A stretch of 64,000 bases of DNA. It comes from Vitrella brassicaformis CCMP3155. Taxonomy: Eukaryota; Protista; Chromerida. The number at the start of each line of letters is the position of its first letter. The stretch's first letter is position 1. Of the stretch, positions 12,695-24,384 are shown one piece after another. The DNA is taken from NCBI GenBank assembly GCA_001179505.1, contig CDMY01000249.1:84740-148739 (forward strand), given 5' to 3'. The notes below the pieces were generated by a model. The model saw only the letters and a list, made by a program, of their open reading frames with translations. It did not search any database and was not told where the DNA came from. The position numbers and the translations under genes are program-made.

Positions 12695-12856
12695 GGTTGG
12701 GGAAGCCGACAGGGTGCCGGAAGGGAACGGGAAAGGGGGACGAACCGAAGGGACACGACCAGGAAGGGGAAGGGGGAAGGGGAGGGGGAGAGGGAAGAGA
12801 CGGAAGGGGGAGACGATTCAGAAGGAATGCCAGAAATGGATATCCTCCTATCAGAT

Positions 12857-12959
12857 GTAGATCTATCGGTTGACGTGCTTCACAACCGCTCACACGTCCA
12901 TTCAGTCGAATCAAGCTGCACGCAAAGGTCTGTGCGTTAACGTTCGCCTCTTAGCGGTA
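12857..12959. repeat. 5' pseudo-LTR of the Penelope-like element
   Basis: Direct repeat of 7914-8016, followed by t then CAGT (12961-12964). Confidence 0.92.
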
Positions 12960-12960
12960 T

Positions 12961-13560
12961 CAGTCTGCAATCCACAGACAGACATGCACACAATATCGAT
13001 ACCAAAAAGGAGTCAAGAGACACGTGCACTTTTCTCTTACAATATCGCGTGCATCGATCAGTTTGGGATCCCACTCCAGCAGTTGATTGACAGCTGCAAG
13101 CTTGCCAAGGAGTGCAGCCTCGTGCATTGCGGTCCGACCAAGCTGTTGCATTGTATCACAACCAACACATCTCTTCATTTCAGTAGCAGGACAGAGGATG
13201 GTTCCTTTGTGTTGGCACCTTGTCTGTTTGCTTCAGAATCGACGGCCCATACGCGTCGTACATGACTTGCATGGCACCGACCTCATCAAGCGCTGCAAGA
13301 AAGGGTGTGTTCTACGCGCAGCCAACAAAATGAAAGTGACGAGACAATCCCTCCTTTCTTTCGTCTGCTCACCCCGCTGTCGTTTCGTTTGTCCAGTATT
13401 GCTACACCGTGAGTTTTGATCATTTGGGTGACAGACGCACACTCGCCCTTTTCCGCGGCCTTGAACAAGGCCTCAACAACCTCATACTCGTCAGCCTGTC
13501 GAGGACAGTCATGAACATGCGCACCACTCAAAAGGGCCAACCACGCGTCCCACACCCCAC
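12961..13560 (-). pseudogene. 5' ankyrin-repeat part of disrupted copy A
   Basis: ADEYEVVEALFKAAEKGECASVTQMIKTHGVAILDKRND and LGRTAMHEAALLGKLAAVNQLLEWDPKLIDARD; colinear with 31650-32200. Confidence 0.85.
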
Positions 13561-13803
13561 CATCTCTTGCTGGGGCTGATGCCAATGCGCGGCGACGGAA
13601 GCGCTTGAAAGGCGACGCAGGGGCGCCCCGACGGGGAGGGGGCGAGACGGCAGCAGCGGTTTCAGGGAGCACCCGGGGCGAGACGGCTGGTTGCGAGCTT
13701 AGCGCACATTTGCTGTGGGGAGGGGACCAGCTTTTCGCCCAGACCTTGCCTTGTCGATACGAGAGGGCAAGGGCATACTCAACAAACGAGGAGACTACGA
13801 GGT

Positions 13804-14931
13804 ATGCAGTCACTGAAGTCGTCCAGCAAGAGCCTTCACGAGCTCAGTGCCAAGGCACTCGACGGGTGAGTACAGTACAAGAGCAACAGCGCCGCACAGC
13901 AGGCGAGGAAGTGATTCATGTCGTGTGTCTGTGTGTCTGTGTGTCTGTGTGTCTGTGTGTCTGTGTGCGTGTGTGGGAATGTCTACGACACGCAGGGCCA
14001 CGGTCAACTTCAAGGACTATGCGGGCAAGGTCCTGCTCGTCACCAACGTGGCATCCAAATGAGGCCTCACCGAGGTGACAACAACACCACACCACACAAG
14101 AGGCCCTTCAAGCGGTATTCTTCACCCACCGCCTGTCTGTCTGTCTGTCTGGGTGGATGGCTTCAGACCCACTACACCCAATTCACGGAGATCTGGCAGC
14201 AGTATCAGGACCGCTTCAAGGGAGGGGAGGAGGAGGGCGGCTTCGAGATATTCGCTTTCCCGTGCGCTCAGTTTGCCAACGAGGTAGGTAGGTAGGTAGG
14301 CAGGCTGCAGGCTGCCAGGCTGCACGTGGTGTGGTGACTGACATTCGGCTGGCAGGAGTTCCCGGACGCGGCCGACATCAAGAAATTCGTCGCGGCCTAC
14401 AACATCCCTGAGAAATACAACGTCAGAATGATGGAGAAAATCGACGGTGCGTCGGTCGTGTCGGGTTACTCGCCAGGCCATTCAGGCCATTGGTCGATCT
14501 CGTTGCATGGGTGGGTGTTGCCTTGTCGGTGTGGGTGCAGTGAACGGCCCGAATATGCATCCGGTGTTCTCGTTCCTCAAGTACCACTCCAGCCTCTATG
14601 ACGACCAGTCCAATGCGGCCAGTCCGATCTCGTGGAACTTCGGTCAGTCACCAGAAACAAGGACAGACAGAAACGACAGCGATTGACACACACGAGACGA
14701 GACGAGACAGACGCTCCTGCGTCTGTTGGTCGTCAATTACCAGGGAAGTTTTTGGTGGACCAGGACGGCCATGTCGTGAAGTACTACGGGCCCGAAGTCA
14801 TGCCTAAGTAAGTGAAGCGACCACCGTTGATGTCACGAACCTCTCTCTCTGTCACGTTGCCATTCCCAACTGTTAGGTCGCTCATTCCGGACATCGACCA
14901 GGTCATCGCTCGTGCGCCGCCCCCACAGTGA
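13804..14931 (+). CDS. GPX: Selenocysteine-containing glutathione peroxidase, multi-exon
   Basis: Spliced: MQSLKSSSKSLHELSAKALDG-ATVNFKDYAGKVLLVTNVASK(TGA 14060-14062)GLTE...AFPCAQFANEE...VNG...HPVFSFLK...ISWNFGKFLVDQDG...IARAPPPQ*. Start codon is tentative. Confidence 0.93.
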
Positions 14932-15010
14932 ACAATCGAAAGAGAGAGGTAGCCCTGACGCCGTCTCCCCCTCCGCCCTCCTGCCCCCATCTTCGCTTGC
15001 CTTGCCGCGG

Positions 15011-15061
15011 ATGATGGCTGCACCGTCAAACCCCCTACAGCGGGGCTCGGTGCGGCCTGAG
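15011..15061 (+). promoter_or_regulatory. Eukaryotic SECIS element (type II) in the GPx 3'UTR
   Basis: ATGAT core, helix ggctgcaccg (15016-25) pairing with cggtgcggcc (15048-57), unpaired AAA (15028-30), cccc/gggg mini-helix and a closing TGAG, ~80 nt after the stop. Confidence 0.92.
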
Positions 15062-15489
15062 AGCTTCTCTGGCCTGTTGGTCTGCTGTGTGGCTCCCTAT
15101 GGGTGTAGGGGGGGGCTGCGCCGCCGGCCGGTGGAAAGGGGAGGAGAGCGAGGCAACGCGACTTGGGGGAGGGAGGGGGAGAGGGGCATGGGGCTGGCGG
15201 GAAGTCGTGTATGTATTTTGGTATTGTGTATGTGTGTGTGTGTGTTGCGCAAGTCTGTATTTGTCGATCGGTCGATCGTGAGGCTAGGACTGATGGCTGG
15301 ATGGATGAATGGCTGGCTGGCTAGCTGGCTGGATGGCTGGATGGCTGGATGATGGCTGCAATGCAGCTACATGCATGTATTCTGTTTGGATGACTGTGAG
15401 CGACTCGGGATCGATTCAACGCGATTGCTGCTCCGTGTCCATCATTCGCCTCGAGTCATGCGCCCATCCCTCTTAGAAAAGATTCCAAT

Positions 15490-15750
15490 ATGCATAGCAG
15501 GGGGGGCCATGTTGCTGCGGTCAATAAGTTGATAAAGTGGGATCCCAAACTGATCGACGCACGCACCAACGTCAGTTTCAATTGCAGAAAAGAGAGCTCA
15601 CACATGTCTCTGACGCCTCGGTGTGTCGATTCTGTGTGCGTGTGTTGATTTCAGCATGGCACCACGCCATTCATGTCGGCTGCCGTGGGTGATGAAGTCG
15701 ATGTCTTGTATGCACATTGCGTTGGGAGTCGCCACTCAACACGATTTTCT
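15490..15750 (+). pseudogene. Decayed ankyrin-family exons
   Basis: GGHVAAVNKLIKWDPKLIDARTN followed by a GT donor, then HGTTPFMSAAVGDEVDVL after an AG; both match the window's ankyrin family. Confidence 0.65.
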
Positions 15751-16305
15751 CCATTGCGCCCTCCTTGAGCGAGGTCCCTCGTTTCCTCAGAGACATGTTC
15801 CATCGATGTGTGTATACAGACAGACAGCGGTGATCCATCCATGCGATAGACACGGCAGCAGCCGAGTTCGTGCGATCACATCAGCAGAGAAAGACAAGGC
15901 CACCAGCTCCCCACCCTACTTACAGCCCTCCACCCATATCTACAGCCTCACCCCAATTAATTACACACGGCACATCACACCCATAAACCCACACACACAC
16001 ACAAAAACACACGTACAGACAAAGGCGACGGGTCGAAGCAGATGGACGGCTGCATGCCCTCAGGCATCACGACGCCCTTCATGAATCACGCTACGCTAGC
16101 TGGCCATCTCAGTTAGATAAAGACCGACGCCATGCGATGCTCTCTCTCGTCACACGAAAGGCAGATAGGCACAAGTGGACACGCACACAGATAAACAAAC
16201 CGCCGACTCACCCACACATACACACAGTGAATTAGCCACACAGATAACACAGATACCATAGCAACACGCAGCTAAATGGACCCCGTCCATCGACTACTGG
16301 CATGC

Positions 16306-19300
16306 TCACGCTGAGCGTCCCAGCACAGTGGGGTTGGGCGACCTCAACTGGGACGGCGTGGCGTCATCGGGCACCACCGACCGGCTGCTGGGCGTCTGGC
16401 TCGTCGGGGTGGGCGCCACGCCCAGCGATATGTCGCCACCCATATCCTCAGCTTCGTCCTGACACTCATGGACACACACACAGTGTCTCTCGTCGGGCTG
16501 TGCGTGTGGCGGATGTTAAGCCGCTCACCTTCATGCCATCATAGCCAAAGCCCCGGCCAGTCCGGGGCGCCCTGCTAGACTTCATGTCAGCCTGGGAGAC
16601 ACACACATGGATGGATCATTCCACCACGTCTGTCTCCAATAAGGCCGCATTTCTGACCTTTCTCGACGTGGCCCGCGAAGAGGCCGATGTCGATCCAGTG
16701 GTGCTTCTGGTCTGCACCCAGCTGCTGTGTGAGGCCTTGGAGGATGATGAGTCGTCGGCGGACTGCAGCAGACGCGCCTTGCCTTTGCACCGGCGGCACA
16801 TGCACCAGCCTCCACAGATCAGGGCGACCATGATGATGAAAGCTGAAAGGGGAACACCAGACAACATAACATGGTGGGTGCTGGTCGCCGAGTAGCTGTG
16901 CTCCGCTGGCTGGCCCTACCGAATATCACTGGCAGGCCGATCGGCAGCACGGGCGAATCGCCGCCATCGCCAGGGCCTAATGGTTCCTCCACCGCTGCTG
17001 GCAGACACAAGACATCAATCAGCACATTTGGCAGCCAGGCCACATCACATCACATCCAGCCCACCGCCCTCCCTCCCAATCTCTGCTCACCTGCAGCAGG
17101 GGCGGCCTGCACCTTTCCATCCAACCCGATGATGCGCACGTCGTTGCCAAACCGGCCCATCCTCAGCCGCTCGGTGTATCTCTCCCGCAGCCTGGCCAGC
17201 ACATCGGCTGCAGAGGGCTGGTCTCCCTTGGCAATGACCACCTCGACCGTCACGTTGTCCTTCTCGTTGTCCTCTGAGAGGGGCGGGGTGGCCATGTCGA
17301 CGGACAGACGCTCCCGCGGCACCTCAGTCAGTTGACTGAGGCGATTCGACAGGGTGTCTGTGAACACAGTGGCCACATCGGCCACCTGAACAAACAAAGA
17401 GAGAGAAGGGGGAGAGAGAAGTGCGGTGGGTCGAGAGTGTCTTCACCGACTGACCTCTCCGTATTGGACGTTGAGTGTGAGGTCGACAGTGACAGAGCCC
17501 TCCTGGCTGCTCTTCGGGAGGAACTGGTCACCCGATGATGGCTTGGTGCTTTGACACATGTCTGGCGGGCAGGTGGACACCTGCATTTGGTCAGTCTGCT
17601 TCTCGGAGGGGCAGTTCCCCTCCACTCTGCAGAGAGAACGCAATGACAAGAGGGCGAGGGAGGCCAATAGTGTGTGTGTATATCGCTGCGCTTACATGAA
17701 TCTGCGTGTCCTCCTGCATTGGCTGTCGCACTCGCCCCACTTGCCCCATCTGCCCTCACACTCAGCTGCACACAGACAGACACACACACAGACAGGCAGA
17801 CAGACAGACGGGAATCCCTTCAGGTGTGTCGCCTTGGCATTGATCCATCCATCCCTCCCTCGTTCGCACCTGCCCCTCCACATGAAGAGTCCTGTCCCTC
17901 TGTGCATATCTCTGCCTTGGTTTCGCCGTCGTCGTGGAGGCACTTCCTGCCCCCTCCCTGTGCTTCCGTGAGCACCTGGTACGTCCGCCGCCGGAGGCAG
18001 TTGTCATCGCAGACGGACCAAGCCCCCCACACGCCCTTGCAGTCAATGGCTGCCACCACACACACACAGAGAGAGAGAGAGAGAGATGAAAGAAGCAATG
18101 TGCTTTGGGAGGGGGGAGCCGCGGGGGACTCACTTGGCAGGCACATGTCGCCGGTGCATTTCTCGGTGACCTTCGTTGTGACCTCATCCAGCGGCCCCTT
18201 GTCGCAATCGTACCCGCCCCTTTTGGTGGCCCGCCGCACCGTCTTTTCCCGCCACCTCTCGCACTCGGCGCTGCACTTGGACCACTCCCCATACTCGGGG
18301 TCGCCGCACACATACGGATCGCCGCTTGACGAAGCACCAGCTGCTGCTTCTGCCCCTGCTGCCGCTGTGGTGCTGTTGGCCGCCTCTTTATCGTTGTCTT
18401 TGTTGGCCTTTTCCTTGTCCTTGTCCTTTGCCTTTTGCGCGACGATCTGTTGGTTCTCGGTCTGCTGTTTGGTGCAGAGGTGGAGGTTGCAGGCAATGGA
18501 CTGGACGAACCCCGACTGGCGCTTGCAGGGCGTGCCGTCGTTCTGTGGGGTCCTTGTGATGGTGTAGGTCCGGTGTTTGGTGCAGGTCTCGTCACAGGGC
18601 TCCCACATCGACCAGGTGCCACGGCAATCGACGTCTGCATCATCACACGTCATCAAAGTGCAATCCCAGATCCCAGATCTTTTTGCCCGTGTTGTGTGTG
18701 CGCTCACTCCTCTGGTACATCTGCACGTGTGAGGGCCCCCCACACGACTGCTCCCTGTCGCCCTCACACGCCGTCGAGCACTGACCACCGGCATTGTCAC
18801 TTCTGGTGACCGTCGGGCCCGCGCTAAGGCCGTCGAGCACCAGAGTGGGCTCCTCATCCCCCTCACCCAACACACGCACACGGTGGTCGATCTTGTTGGC
18901 ATCCGAACGCACGCCCTCGTCCTTTTGCAGCAGGGTCATGCTGCTGTTGGTGTTGGTGCCCCCTGCCGCATCGACAGGGACCCCCTGCGGCGCCATCAGC
19001 CCACAGACACACTCGTTGCCCCCACTCAGACCAAAGAAAGGGTAGCCCGGGAACGTCACCGCCTCTGGGCGCGCACTCGCGAGAGCGATGGCTGTGTCGT
19101 TCTCTTCAGCTGCTGATGGTAGAGTGTTGTTGCCGTAAGCCGCCTGCAAGAGTGCTGGCGTGTTTACGTGAGAACAGAGGTAGAAGCAGAGGTCGACGGT
19201 CATGACGGAGGGGTCGTGGATGGGGCGGGGGACGGCGACAGTAACGGAGGGGTGCTCCAGCTTCTCGTAGCACCCCACTGGGGCGTAGGACAGGCCTGTG

Positions 19301-22300
19301 CAGCAACAGAGAGGGGGGAGGGCATATGTGTGTATGTGTGTGTGTGGGTAGGGGCCACTCGCCTTCGGAGCACTGGTCGGTGTAGCAGGGCTGCTGCTGT
19401 GACTCCATGTGTTTGTGGGGGCACTCGTTGCCGTCGCCCTCCCTCTGCTGCGCCACGATGAACGTCCGGTTGCGCATGCAGTCAGACCCGCAGGCTGACC
19501 ACTCGCTCCACGTGCCGTTGCACGACTTATCTGCAAACAGGGGAGGGAGGGGAGGGCCATTGGTGTCATTGGTGTCATGTGTGTCTGCTACTCCCTCCCT
19601 CTCAGTTTGTATGTCTCCCTTACTTGGGCACTGGTCCCCCTGGCATCCGACGCGCTGGACGTACCCGGCATCAATCGCACACGCACGCCCCTCCCCCTCA
19701 GGCCGCTTTGTGACAGTGTACAGCCTCTCCTTGACGCACTGCTTGCTGCACGGCCCCCACTCGCCCCATTTGCCCTCGCACCCCACACTGACGCCCTCAA
19801 CCTCCTCGATCAGCTGCTGCTTGTCGCTGAGATCACTGAGCTCGCACTCGGACTCCTCGCATTTGTCAGAGTCGAGTTCGACTGTCTGATCTGGGTGGAG
19901 GCAGGCCGTGCCCTTGCCGTATGCCGGGCGGATGACAGAGTAGACGCGAGATCGCGCGCAGGTGCGGTTCCGCTGCGCCATGCACTTGGACCACTCGCTG
20001 AAGGCGCCGTAACAATTCTTGACTGATGAGACGAGAGCAACAGAACAATGGTCAGAGAAAAAGGTTGTTGTGGCCGGGATGTGTGTTACGAGAGAGTGGT
20101 GTACCGTTGGCTGGCTCGCATGCATCCGAGTTGCACGGCCTGACGTCGAATTGGCCGTCGGCTGCGGGGCAAGGCTCCCCTCCCTGGGATTGCAGCTTGG
20201 TGACCTTGAAGGTCCTCATCCGCAGACACTCCGCCCCACACGCACTCCACTGGCTCCACCGGCCCTCACACGCCATCGCATTGCTGGTTGCCGATGCAGT
20301 GGTGTTCTTCTCGGCCTCGGTTTCCATGTTGCCGCACTGGCCGTCCCTGCAGGCCCGGACGATCTGTGTGCCGTCGGCTACGGGGCACTCCTTGCCGTCG
20401 CCCTGCTTCTCCTGCGTCACCCTGAAGCTCTTGATGTGCTTGCAGTTGGCCTGGCACTGAGACCAGTCGGCCCACACGCCCACACAATCGACGCTCTTCT
20501 CGCCGGCCTCTTGGTCCTCTTTCTCGGCCTCCTGTTTGGCCTCCACGGTGGCTGTCTCTGGGCAGGCGCACTTGCGCGTCTGCTGGGCGCCCTCCTCGTG
20601 TTTGCAGCGTGACCCTCGGCCGACATGTGGCTGGGTGATGGTGAAGCTGCGGGTCTGCTTGCAGGAGTCGTCACACACCGACCACTGGGTCCACTCGCCC
20701 TTGCAGCTCACGTGAGGCGTGTCTGCAGCAGGAGAGTCACGGCACACACATGACTGACTCCTACGCGTTTGTTGCCTGTGCATGGGGCTTGCTTACGGAA
20801 GCTCATAGCGGTAGTGCCGTTGACGGAGCCGAATTGGTCAGAGACGGATCGGTCGGCGTAGACGAAGCAGGGCATCTGTGTGGATGTGGATGTGTCGCTG
20901 CGCCTAGACCTGCTGGCATAGCACGCCGGGCCGTAGGCTCCCCAATGCCAGGCGGCGTTGGGGCAGCCGCTGCGAATTTTCGATTCAACGTTGTCGTAGT
21001 GCACCTGCATTTGTGTGAGAGGGAAGTGACACAGATGTGCCTTTCTTGCGCGCGTGCGTGTGTGTGTGTGCTGTGTTGTGCTGTGTTGTGCTGTGTGTGT
21101 GTCTACCAGGCACTCTGACTGGCACCCCTCTGTGGTGCCATTGCTCTGACACAATGCCACGCGGTCATCTGAGAGAGAGAAGCAGCACAACACAGCAACA
21201 AAGATACCTCCGGTGGCCATTTGTGTGTGGCAGTGTGGTCTACGTACCATCGCCTGGCACAGGCGCACCCTCAGCAAAGCCATCGACGGTCGTGGCGTTG
21301 CCCCCTGCCGGCAGCCGCGTCTCGTCGGCGTCGAAGCCCGTGCACATGATGCGGTGCCGCTCGTCAAAGTCGGTCTCGCACTCCCCGTCGAGGATGTAGC
21401 ACATCCCTATGTGGTCCTTCCGCAGACCTAGGGCGCCCGAGTGGTCGTACTGAAACGTGCACCTGGCCACACACATCCATCGCATCGCTGTCATCGTCGA
21501 GCATTGAGTGGTGTTAGGTACTTGAGCATGGGCCTCCTCTCGCCCTCTGCGCCAGTGTCGCACAGGATCTCGCAGACGGAGGAGACCATGTCGTCGTGCT
21601 CGCAGTTGGAGAACATCGGCCAGGCGTTGGTGGGGCCCAGCTTGTCGCAGCTCGGCAAACGGCCCCAGAGGGTCGTCTTGGCACACCTGCACACACACAC
21701 AGCGAGAAACAGAGAGAGAGAGAGAGAGTGGGTACGAGCATGGGCGCAGAGGTGGCGAGTGGGCTGTTTGCTGACCACATGTCGAGAGTGACGACGAACT
21801 TCATCTCCGCCACCTGCACTATCCTCTTGCAGTCCGCCAACTCGTCGCTGCACACACGAACACACAGACACAGGCACAAACAGCCACACAGGCAAACCCG
21901 ACAATCAGGAGATGCCTATGCCTTTCATACGCCACACGAAGTTCAGTACCTGGTGAGCAGCCAGTGGTGGCTCTGGTGGTTCTTGCAGTCTCCACGCGCC
22001 CACCTGCACACACACACACACACACAGAAAACCACGCAAAAGCAGGTGTCACCGTGTCATACAGATCTGCCGTGCAATGGTGTGCTGTGCCCGTCACTCA
22101 CTTGCAGCCGAAGGTCCTGTCAAACACCACCAGCCGGTTGCTATCCGGTGACAGCCTCTCATACTCGTCGTCGTCTTCATTCTCCTCGTCGTCGCTCGGC
22201 TGCTGCAGCATCCGCGAGTAGCCCAGCGCCGACACAGCTACTGAGATCCCATCTCTGCCATACTGGCGGCTGGCGCCAGAATTGTGTTGTGAGATCTGCA

Positions 22301-22373
22301 GGCCGAGCGACGCATCTGTTGTGCGGATGGAGGCCAGCAAGGACAGCAGGGGAAAGGCAAGAAAGTGCGTCAT
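16306..22373 (-). CDS. Large type I membrane protein: signal peptide, Cys-rich N-terminus, ~10 TSP1-like repeats, WSC-like domain, stalk, TM, cytoplasmic tail
   Basis: MTHFLAFPLLSLLASIRTTDA signal; repeated C-x-G-x-W-xx-W-xx-C-xxx-C...R units; GCY...MTVDLC...GNECVCG...CSTACEG...CGG (WSC-like); TM segment LPVIFAFIIMVALICGGW at ~16790-16950. The last exon frame is uncertain. Confidence 0.88.
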
Positions 22374-22842
22374 CGGCTGGTCGGCTGGGTGAGCAAGAGT
22401 CAGCAGGGTTTGTGACCCCACGGCCGTTACTCCCTCCGGATTGCATTGCATTGCATTTCGGCTGCAAAATCGGTCACAAAATGCGCATTCGTGTAGGCAC
22501 CACACCACAAATGTAGGCACATGTGTCCTGCGTGTATGTACCCGTCGGTCAGCCAATCGCCCCTACTACGCACTCCATGCCACGCCATGCCATGCCATGC
22601 CGCCAAAAGTGTCAAAATACGCACATAAACCCACAGATGTTTGTATGTATGTATACGGACCAAACGAATGACAGTCTAAGCACGGGCAGCCTGTCCATCT
22701 GTACACACCACACCACACCACACCACATACACACCAGCCCAGCCACACATCTCATCTCACCTCACCATGCCCCTCACGCACACCCACCCACTCGTCTGAC
22801 TGACTGACTGACTAGTAAGCCTCTCATTCATGGTTCGTTCGT

Positions 22843-24384
22843 TCATTCGTTCCTCTCTCTCTTGGGCTGTGCGGCCAGGTGGCCCACGGCGATGGCGGGG
22901 GGCGCAGCAGCGGGGCCGGCCGGTCCGGGGTTGGCCGACTCACCGCCCGCCGCACCCTTGCTGTTCCGCCGCACAGCCAGGCTGCTGTCCAACACGCGCA
23001 GCTGAGCCATGAAACCTGCAGACATGCGCACCCGAGATGGGCGAGTGGGAATCGGATGGATGGGTGGGCGTTGACCTGTGTTTGGCGAGGCGAATGGTCG
23101 CTGTGTCTGCACCAAGTTGAGCGCCTTGTCCATCGGCAGATGGAACTCATCCTGACACCCACACATCTGTCTGTGTGTGTGCTCTTTCCGGCTGGCTTAC
23201 CATGAGGAACGCAGTACAAATGGTGGGTGCCCGGCTGATGCCCGCACCGCAGTGAACCAACACCTGACCGACACATCCATCAAACACAGATACATACGTA
23301 CACACGACGTTCTGCAGCCTCTATGCCGTCCAGCCCCCCTCTCCCTCTCTCTAACCTTGCCCCCTCTGTGTATGGCGTCCCTGATGAACTCTATCGCTTT
23401 GGGGAAGAACCGAGATATGTTTTCTGACACACAGACACACACAAGTACACAAGACACCTGCACCTGTGTTGTTGGCCACTGTGATGTGTCCGCCATGCAC
23501 TGACCTGAGGGCGTGTCGTCTGCGGGAATGACGTGGTACTCGAAATCGCTAGGGAACCGGGGCGGCAGATTCACACAGCAGCAAACTGCACCCAGGCAAT
23601 GAACAAGCAGCATCGTCATAGTCAGTCACACTGGCCCGTCCGGGTGGCCTCCTAACTTGACTCACTGTGTGTGATGCCCTGAGTGCGAAGCTGGTAGCGG
23701 TCGTTGGCAGGGTGAAACGAACCCTGCAAAGAGATGGGCGGGCGAGCCTTGCAGATGATGCTACCTTCTGTTCGTTCTCATACGACCTTCCTTACCAGCC
23801 ACAGACCCGGAACAACCTGCTGCATCTGTGCAGCCAAACCACACACACACACGCACAGGCACACACACAGACGGAGGGAGAGTGAGCGCCCTCGATGTGT
23901 GTGGTCCGTGTTGGGTGATGCTGGTACGCGATTGAAGTCAGCGCGTCCCTCCTGGACAATCTTCATCTCCTCCTGGAACCTGTGTATGAGTCCCTTGCCC
24001 TGCAGGTCCAGCAGCACCTTGTCGCGCAGGGAGCTCTTGTGCGCCTCCCACGCGTCGGCGTCGCTGTGCTTGGACACGTTCGTCACCGCCATGCGGTACT
24101 CATCCAACACACTACACCCACACACAAAGCACACACCTTTCTCGCCACGCCATCGATGCCATTGTTCCAGCCATTGTCTGCTTGCCTCTTGATGTGGCTG
24201 GGGCAGCCTCCAGAGTGGGAATACGTCAGCAGGGCTGCACACAGAACAGAGAACACACCGCAGAGGTGCCGATGGATCTGCGGACTTGGTGAGGTCACGG
24301 CTCACCTGCGAAGTAGAATGCCACCTCATCTCTGTCGATGAGCGGCTCCCGCGTAGGGAACAGCATGTTACGCAGGAAATGCAT
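22843..24384 (-). CDS. Dual-specificity protein phosphatase, multi-exon
   Basis: QVVPGLWLGS, ADDTP, VLVHCGAGISRAPT (HCX5R), RPFASPN-GFMAQL. The 5' exon phases are not fully resolved. Confidence 0.88.

Larger units (their letters stand above)
7914..12960 (-). mobile_element. Penelope-like retroelement, N-terminal GIY-YIG / C-terminal RT (Chlamys/Naiad-type architecture), decayed
   Basis: GIY-YIG motifs at 10536-10813, CPC..GH at 9852-9902, RT motifs DK, DIGNFY, GFPQGSQLSPGLANIF, *MDD and a PLE-like thumb; 103-bp direct repeats; CAGT target duplication. Confidence 0.88.

Noticed and set aside
7913-12962. LTR retrotransposon, since the repeats can be drawn TG...CA
   Set aside because: No protease, RNase H or integrase; RT and GIY-YIG motifs are Penelope-type; those limits leave no proper TSD.
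13978-13995. MSTTRRAT as the GPx start
   Set aside because: It lies in an intron; the upstream exon SLHELSAKALDG splices in frame and matches the GPx N-terminus.
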